Shown one piece after another: positions 55,563 through 64,000 of a DNA stretch of 64,000 bases. The position numbers and the translations under genes were made by a program. This stretch comes from Botryllus schlosseri (taxonomy: Eukaryota): NCBI GenBank assembly GCA_051294905.1, contig CM119386.1:5022001-5086000 (forward strand). Reading direction: 5' to 3'. The notes under the pieces are model-generated. The model worked only from the letters and a program-made list of their open reading frames with translations, did no database searches and was not told the DNA's origin. How positions within the stretch are numbered: position 1 is the first letter of the stretch; every line of letters starts with the position of its first letter.

Positions 55563-56387
55563 TATCTTTATTAGATTATAACTGTAGCTCTCCATTAACG
55601 ACACATCCGCAGAGCGATACAGAGATGTTCTTTTAAAGATTAGAAGCCATGCAATTCACCATGTTGATTGGAAAAGAGCTTACTACTCAAGCGTTCAATA
55701 TGGCAATATCACTGTGGCCAACTACGTTAACTATGGCCTTGGCACATACCTATTGCAATTACTAGGTGGAGTAGTTCGTGATCCGAATTCTAATATCGGT
55801 CATGAGATGAGTGATAGTGGTGATGGACGGACCATTGACAACAAAATAATTACAATCCATTCCACAACCAAGTACATACGATATCTAATTCGCCTATCGA
55901 CACATGGCACTTCATATTCATAGCTTTTTATGTTATCCTCTAATACAGTGGTGCCCAAGCTTTGTTTTCACTTTTTCTGGGCTGAAACGAGCCAAGCCTT
56001 CGATACTTCCAATCCAGTGTACACGTCCCTTATTCTGATGGGTGTTTGAAAGACTACACCTGGTCGCTTCTACTCCTAGCTATATTTCCATTTTTTGCAA
56101 CAATATTAGTTATTATAAACTGAACTGAGATTCCTATTGCAAGATACAAAATGGCGACTTTCAAATGCTTTATTACGGTACGACACACATCGTGCATGAA
56201 TACAGAAGCTAAGTGCACACCAACACAAGAGTGATCGACAAAATACAAACATCGTGTATAATGAAAAAAGCACCATTAAGCCATGTAAAGCAGCAGCAGA
56301 AAATTACAAACAGCCAGAGATTCCAACCACAGTGAAGAACAAGCATAGCAAGACAGTTTCCTCATCTCCCGATCGAAAGCAAGGGTG

Positions 56388-59300
56388 TCATTCGCCTTTG
56401 CCAGATAACTTAACCGAGATGCTGTCGATGCCTTCCGCTTGAATGACCAGAGTGCTGTCAAAGATGCCTTTACTGGTAGGTTTGAAAGTAACGGGAAGGC
56501 AAGCGTAAGACATCGGTCTGCAAAAATAGTATAAACTTATTAGCCTTTATAGATATTGGCAACACTGAAAATATATGGTCACGATTAGAATCAGTGCACC
56601 GAATGCATCTTATGACCATTAAGTGAATTTGGTCCTAACAAAAAATTTTCAATCATGACGGACACATACAATGGATCAAGTAGCCTACCGATATAGCATT
56701 TGTCACTTACAATTGATACAATGGAATTATCTGATATTTATTGTGGTACGGATGATTATGAACACGATATCCAGGCAAATCTGACCACAGGCTCGTCACC
56801 CTAATACAAGTTGCAAGGTAGAAAATGGCAGGCTTGCGGAGTTTTATCAAGTGCTTCTCACATAATCTCAAGCATACCTGATCGTGTGTCCTTGGTGAGT
56901 AATGTGAAACGGCAGTCTTACATTGAGAAATTTCACCTGAAATGGCGAGAACGGTAACATAGCTCAAGCGCCAAATGGAAGAATCAAAAAAGAATATTTA
57001 CGTTGTGCGATTCTCTACTTCGATTTTTCACCGGAATTTTGATCACAGACGAATCGTTCACAGCCGTGAGTGGAAATCGCACCTTGTCTTCAGACACATA
57101 GAGACCGTGTCTGAAATAACAAACAAACACAAAAAATTCACATATACATTTAAAAATTTTGCCACGCTAGCCGACTTACTCTTTAGCTTTTGCAGTTTGC
57201 GCGATAGGTTGAGGTCCTTTTTTGGAAGCTACTCCCTGTAAACAAGGAATCAGGTGTTAACACATTCAAAGACATCGTCAGGACAAACACGGTCTAATTC
57301 AACTGTGTGACTTGTTAATAATGAAGCTGCTGTTGTACAAGTTAATTTCAGACCAGACTTTCGATCAGTCACCTAGTAGCACAAATGTGAAGGTTATTGA
57401 CGGGAAATATCCAAGTTGAACTCACCCTTTATGTGTATGAATTGCAGCAAATTTTGGCTTGCAACACATACTTAGACATGCTAATATGACCTGCAGTATA
57501 TCCTTAATATTACAGATAATCATGCAGTTCGGCGTGCTGATATGCACTAGAACACACATTGGTTTCCCACCAAATTTTGTCAGAGACTCCTTTCAGAATT
57601 TTTTCAAGCTTGCGGACACCCACATTTTTTAGAATCATCCCAAGCAACTCTTACGCAAAACTATTAAGCATAGATCCGCGAATAACAAAGCTCGGCAAAC
57701 ACCCAAATTTAATGGTCTTATAAGCAGGGTCGTAACACCACCGAAAGACTGTTGGTCTTGGTCTGCATTTCACTGTCGACATATGGTTGTACTTCACATC
57801 CATGCGAAATAGATTGGATATAATGTTTATGCTCATTATGTCAATGTCCAGTGCACTAATGGATCCCTAGCAAAGTCCAGATGGGTCCGTGGGCCCTTAT
57901 TTGTGAATGGTTGTGATGATGATGTTGAATAGGAACACACACATACACTACCGAGTCTTACCGTACAATTGCTAGCATTGGCAGGTGCGTTCCATGAAAT
58001 CATTACACACCAATACAGACAACCTCTCACAGAAGCTCAACGTAGCAGTGGCCCAACGTCACCATAGGCGTAATATCATTACCATAAAATCCTACCTGCC
58101 CATTAACTTGAATTCGGACTTTACTGAGCGATAGCGCAGCGGTGTCGGCGGCTTCGTGATGCTACGAAAGAATAAGGAAACCAAATTTCAATCTATCGGA
58201 AATGAAATCTCATGATAACCTACCTCAAGATCCCAGAATTGGGAATACTGGCCCTCGCCAATCGGGCTGAAAGTGACGGGGATCTTCACCTTGACACCGG
58301 TTTCGAGAAGGCCGGAGGTATGCGAAAAGATGAAGGCCGCGTACGTGGTCCTGTAGAGATCTCCTGAAAAAGGGAACGGTACATTTAGGATATTGGTGAG
58401 AAAATCAGAAGGAACGGTGCTTCAATAAAGAAATTTAGAACCTAATTTGAAGAGCTACTTGGAGGTAGAGAACTTTGAAATATAATTAAAAAGTATATTC
58501 GTATTGAAATGAACCCGAATATTTTCGGCTGACACTCGTCAGGGGTAATTGTCAGCAGCTGGTAGAGAATTGGAAAGAATGTTGTATATCAACAACAGTA
58601 TCACCGAATGTTACGTCACCGGCATGAAATTTTGAATAATTGGGGGGAAGAGATAAAAGTTGACTCCAGGGTTGTAACCAAGTCACAAGGCTCTGAGTCA
58701 CAAGTCAATTTCACTTTTCTAGTCTTGACTCGAGTTAAGTCGAGTCATTGTCAATTAATCACAGAGTCCAAGTCATCGAGCAGAGGGTCCAAGTCCGAGT
58801 CATGGTATCATGACTCGAGTCCGAGTCCAAGTCATTGTGTTGGCTGCTCAGTCTAAAGGTAAAGTCTTGTTAAACTCACTTTATATGACTATGTTTGCTG
58901 ATATCGAATGTTTCACATTTATCATATACTAATTTTCCCCACTTTTAGCAGTTTCTGGTTGCATTTTCAAGTACCAGTACCAATCAGACGAAATCCCAGT
59001 AGGATGGTTACTTCACAATTCTTCGAAATTACAATGAAATGTCGGTCTTGGCCGTCTGAGTCCCGAGTCAATGACTTGGTTCGAGTCATGCGCAATGACT
59101 CGAGTCCAAGTCGAGTCAATACACAGATTGACTCGAGTCGAGTCATTTCCGTATTTTGAAAAAATGACTCGAGTTCTGAAAAAATGACTCGAGTCAAGTC
59201 GAGTCATCAGAAAATCGTGACTCGAGTCGAGTCATGACTCGAACCATTACAAACCTGGTCGACTTCAAATCTAATTTTGAATACTTTCTGACATGATATT

Positions 59301-62300
59301 GACAGTGATCGCCAACCTTATGGTCTGCAGACCTGCACAGGATGCCTGGGAGCGAAGGATGATATCCGCTGATTTAGGGCGCGACATTTTCGAGGTACGA
59401 TTACACACGAAAAACGAGAATATGCATACCGGCTGTCCCACCGCTTTTGACGTAAGCCGGCGCGAACGAAGTCAATATCCAACGAATAGTGCTCGAGCAC
59501 ACGTTTGTAAACTCCAAATACGATTCTGAACAACATAAACTTTTGTCTCCCGCAAACACAAATTCCAAACAACGAGTCACATACTTGAACATGACTTCAT
59601 TGGAACCGACCCAAACTCGAGCAAGCTCGAAACGAGCGCGATTCTGTCGGAAGGTAAGATTTTCGTAGGTTCAGAAATGCGACTAGTGCCAGACGTAGCC
59701 ATCGGCGTGCTGAAGGAGTCCATCGTGGCTGCTTCGCAGTACCGGGCCTGCAGCGGGTAAACAGGACCAGGCGACGAGGGCCGGGGCGGAGGCTCGGCAG
59801 CGGCGACTTGGTCTCGCACTTGGACACGCAGCTGCTTGCTGTCACGTCCGTTCCGGGTGGATATCTGCACCGAACCCACCCAGGGCAGTTCGTCGCGACG
59901 CGTGGCCAGAGACGGGTTGGCATTCAGCAGTATGATCAGGGCGGTTCTAAACAAGAGAACAAATTATTGTTAGGCTGTATTACAAGGTTATAATGACTCG
60001 GCTTGAGTCATTTTTTTTCAAATACGAAATATGACTCGAATTGTACTCGAGTCACTGCGCATGACTCGAGACTAGGACAGCCAAGACAGGCACAACCACA
60101 TTATTGGTATTTTCGTCTATTAGTGCTGGTATTAGAAAAATAGGGCTAGAAACTGTTAAGAGTGAGGAAAAATACGATATTATGAATGCAAGGCAATCTA
60201 TACCACCCGGATACAGTTGTAAAAAGTGGGTTAAGCATGACGTGGACACAATGACTTGGACTCTAGTCACAGCACTATGACTAGGACTCTACCCTCTTCT
60301 CACTGATTAGGACTGGGAGCATATAATTTCAGTATTCAAAAGAATCAATAGAATTAATACCCTAACAATGAGGGCTAGGGCAGATGCCATAATGTCACAT
60401 ATCTAGTGAGCCATAAACAAAAAGTTTAAAACTAATCTGCAACACTGATAGAAAATAACAAATCCCAGCAATTCTACTAGTATGCTGTCCTATGCGTAAC
60501 CGCTAACCGTACGCTAAAAAAATAGACAGCACAACATCATCACGATTAACACTACAGAACATGATATCACTGGCAGGCAACACATATCTGAGAAAGTTCA
60601 AACTTACTCCGGCTCCACTTGTCCACAGTGCGGCGTGATTGTCAGATAATTCCTGGACCATGCGGCGTCGAATTTGAGAGGATGCTTGGACCGGTTGACG
60701 ATCTTCACTTTGGTAGGCCCGACGTTATCGGCTAAGCGCGGCACAGACAGGACGACGTGATCAGGAGAGATCACCCAATTATCACCGCCGACTTCCTCCT
60801 TTCAAATAGGATCACATTCGGAACGTTGCCCACACACACACACACTACTAGTTATGCATAGTTGACAAGGTGGATTTGAAACTTTCGCAGTGACATGGGG
60901 TGAGGGGCTGTGACCAAGTTTCGGCAGTGTCTTGTTCCTAATTCGACCGTTACGCCCATGCCAATTGATGCAAATCAGGGGTGATGAGCCTGCTGACTCA
61001 TGAGCAGAGGTGATAAATAACAAGTACCCAGGGGGTTCTCAAATTATATGATGAGAGTTACTACATAGACTAGGCCAGAACCAGTTTCGTCTGCTCATTA
61101 TAAAGGCTAATTGACTAGCGCTATTGCAATCTCAGCGTTTTGCTGATGTACAATGATAGGCTATGGTTCATGGGACTGGTCTGGTATTGTAAAGTCGTAT
61201 CCAGCATTGTCATAAAATGTGCGGAGAATATACCTACACTTTATGCAACAATATGTTAAAGGGGTGAGCCATACATCCAGATAAATCGGAATGTTATGCT
61301 TACGAGCAATCGATAACAAGTAGTTTGGGTTGAACGATGCATACTACAGAAAAAAATGGAAAAAATCATTTGACAATCACTATGAGAGCTCTTTTGTACA
61401 GAATTCAAAAATACAACATAATGCGGCCCGCAATACTCGGAAGGCCTGGTGTAAATAAACCAAAGACATTCCCAACACCATATGCATGCGGTCATAGGCG
61501 CCGACTTCTAATTTTTTACGAGGTGGCGAGGTCTTGTGGCGTCATAATTGTTTCATATCGATGACATCACCGTCACACTAAAACGCACTTTACTACATGC
61601 CGCTGGTGTACGTGCAGCGTTAAACCATTCGTGTGACGTTTTAATACTGGCCCTGCACTCATTAATATCAGTCGAGTTATTAAACGGAATCTTAAAACCG
61701 TACAATCCTTCGAAAGTGTAACTGCGCTACCGGTCCGTCGGACGGAATGCAACGAACAAGAATCAGAATTTACGTCACTGAGAATTTGGAGTTGCACCAA
61801 TGTTAGTCACTAACGAAATACACTGCACACTGGCCTGGCAAGTTCGCGAGTTAACGTAGAACAACTCTAGAATAGAAGGTTTCAAGCGGCCAATACTCAT
61901 GATTACAAACGCGAAATCGTGCAGCCAATCAGTAATTGTCTATAGCGGCTTCTGGCTTCGCCTTGAGTAGCTCGCATCGCGGCGATCGTTTGCCGATTAA
62001 AACAGCGATTTTCGCGGCATTGGTGCATTCGCCGATTTACGTTCGCAAAGTATCATTACATCTCGTCTCAAAAGAGGTCGCCTGATTACTAATTACTGGT
62101 AATAAACCACTTCGGCATTTAAGCAGTTTGTGCGAGGTGGCCGCCGCCTCGTAACCTCGTAAGTCGGCGCCAATGTGTGAGGTGACGTGTGTGTGTTTGG
62201 CGTACCACCTTGCCACCGTTTCCTTGGGCTGGTGCATATCAACAGATCCTAGGATGCATCTTGATCTGGATTGATGCTTTTGAGGCACAGCAGGGGTGTA

Positions 62301-63565
62301 ACGGCAGAACGATTTGATTTGCATCCTGTGTTATGGTGGAAATTGGTAGAATTCATGACTTTTGGGGAGAGTGACAGAACAGCATAATTTCAAGCGTTAA
62401 TCAATTAGAGTGCCATTAAAAATGACTTGAGATACCACTATTATCGAAATTTTACAATATTTTTAACAAAGTCTTATTAGAAAAATCAATAATTGAGAGG
62501 TGGGAAAACACTCTCAAGCCGTAGAAACAGAATACTTTACCGTGGGCGATCTTTTGTAGAGCGTGCGTGACAGAGCTGCCCTTGAGCTTGCACTATCTTG
62601 CCGAGTCTTGCCCGGTTCTACCATTTCCAGAAGGGGCTTCTTAGAACGAGGACCAAAGATCTGTAATCGAATCGAAACTGTCGTAACACAGGGGCTGAAC
62701 GAGCGGTCAAGGCATATCGGTAGCTAGTGTATGTGGTTAGCCACACGTTTAGTACTATTGGGTTGCAAACCCTTTCAGTGGTAATACCCCCAGGTGCGCT
62801 TTATTTCAGAACCGTTCAAGTATGCAACATGTCTTCAAAATTGATACTTCCACTTGTAATGGTATTCGAGTACAAAATTATGGCATTACTCAAGTGTTAA
62901 CATCGACTGCTACATTATTTTAGGCTCAGCCATTCAATAACAAAAATATCAGACACAGACTACGATGACACTTTAAAACTTTATTCCTCACAAATAACTA
63001 TGATCAGAAATTTACACATGGTAAAGTAAACAGCTCGATTACCTCGATGACGGTCTTTCTAACGCTGGAATAGAACACTTGCACGTCGCCGAACTGCGGC
63101 TTGACCTGCGTCAAATCTTCCTCCGTCTCGTGCAAGCCTGGACAAAACAAGGCAAACTTAATATCCCCTTTCTCAACGAAATTTCAACGCCAGTCAAACC
63201 ACCTTCCCCTTCAAAGATCCCGTCAAAGGCGACACCACGCAGGGGGTCACTTTCAGGCACACATTTCGCCACGCTAGACGGCCCGATTTTTCCCAACGCG
63301 TTTTTCAACAGGTGCCTCGCTATTTCTTCACCATGCCTGCAAAAGGAACGCTAAATTATGCCAAATTTCACACAAAATATGCGCCCGCACTCACCACATA
63401 CACAGCGACCCCAACAGATCTTTTCCGTCGCGAGAATAGCCCGTTCTTTGCAATTGCGATTTGTCAAGAGTAACGTTAATGACGCGAGAAGATTGCTTTG
63501 GTATTATGAATTGAGATGGTGACGTAGCGTTCGATGCGGGATGTAAGACGAGACAGTCTTGGTCG
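56388..63565 (-). CDS. CEP192: Centrosomal protein 192 (SPD-2), 3' portion; 13 exons, with the 5' part outside the window
   Basis: Phase-consistent exons 63565-63395, 63336-63203, 63137-63043, 62660-62541, 60798-60608, 59946-59585, 59525-59430, 58363-58224, 58161-58096, 57235-57180, 57110-57002, 56936-56878, 56517-56388 (TGA). The translation has CEP192 PapD/ASH-like domain motifs: WHGEEIAR..., FGDVQVFYSSVRK, LTITPHCGQVEPE, LPWVGSVQI, RWILTSFAPAYVK, GDLYRTTYAAF...SGLLE...YSQFWDLE, GLYVSEDKVRFP, LPVTFKPTSKGIFDSTLVIQ. Confidence 0.9.
58667..59257 (+). mobile_element. Full-length R2 MITE in a CEP192 intron
   Basis: CAGGGTTGTAAC at the left end and TTACAAACCTG at the right. Flanks are GTTGACTC and GTCGACTT (6 of 8 match). 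R2 fragments also lie at about 20843-20900, 59990-60110 and 60240-60290. Confidence 0.85.
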
Positions 63566-63747
63566 CTGGGGAAAAAATTTGAAGAGTTAAAACATACGAT
63601 ATCAACTCGACTTTGGACTTCGTGAAGCTAAAGCTAAAGTAATCAGCATCGCTACTCAAGTAGAAGTAGAAGTAACACCATAATTTCCTAAGGCCGTAAA
63701 TTACTATTAAATTACAACAGGGTCAAAGATCGCAAAATAGTAAATAC

Positions 63748-64000
63748 AGGGTTGTAATGACTCGAGTCACGATTTTCTGATGACTCAACTTGACTCGAGT
63801 CATTTTCTCAAAATACGGAAATGACTCGACTCAACTCGAGTCAATCTGTGTATTGACTCGACTTGGACTCGAGTCATTGCCCATGACTCGAACCAAGTCA
63901 TATGACTCGAGACTCAGACGGTCAAGACCGACATTTCATTGTCATTTCGAAGAACAGCAAAGTAACCAGCCTATTGGGATTTCGTATATTGGTAATTGCA
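63748..64000 (-). mobile_element. R2 MITE in reverse orientation, running off the window edge
   Basis: CAGGGTTGTAATGACTCGAGTC at 63748 is the reverse complement of the right end of 58667-59257. Confidence 0.85.

Noticed and set aside
61573-62324. ORFs 62037-62324 and 61573-61800 as extra CEP192 exons
   Set aside because: Exons 62660-62541 and 60798-60608 join in frame without them, and neither shows CEP192 similarity or clean splice pairs.

Overview
This is eukaryotic (animal) genomic DNA, AT-rich and intron-dense, with many 53-70 bp introns. It is probably a marine invertebrate chordate such as a tunicate (inference only). Most entries in the supplied ORF track are exon fragments, antisense shadows or noise. 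I reconstructed four protein-coding loci by hand with phase-consistent GT-AG splicing. (1) A complete 50-exon CHD6-9/kismet-subfamily chromatin remodeller (CHD7-like) on the minus strand, 47655->2878, about 3325 aa. (2) A divergent 3-exon CIMIP1/C20orf85 ciliary microtubule inner protein gene, 51007->52939, with an RFX X-box 70 bp upstream. (3) An intronless 388-aa ORF, 54315->55481, built from three exact 114-aa-period copies of the CEP164 N-terminal TTBK2-binding WW module and lacking the CEP164 coiled-coil body. This is the best candidate for something undescribed. (4) The last 13 exons of CEP192/SPD-2 on the minus strand, convergent on locus 3. The introns hold many DNA transposons, many with perfect target-site duplications. 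These include hAT-type MITEs, a triple-nested hAT stack, an internally deleted P/THAP element with an intact THAP ORF, a 35-bp micro-element, and foldback repeats. No rRNA, tRNA or CRISPR array is evident.
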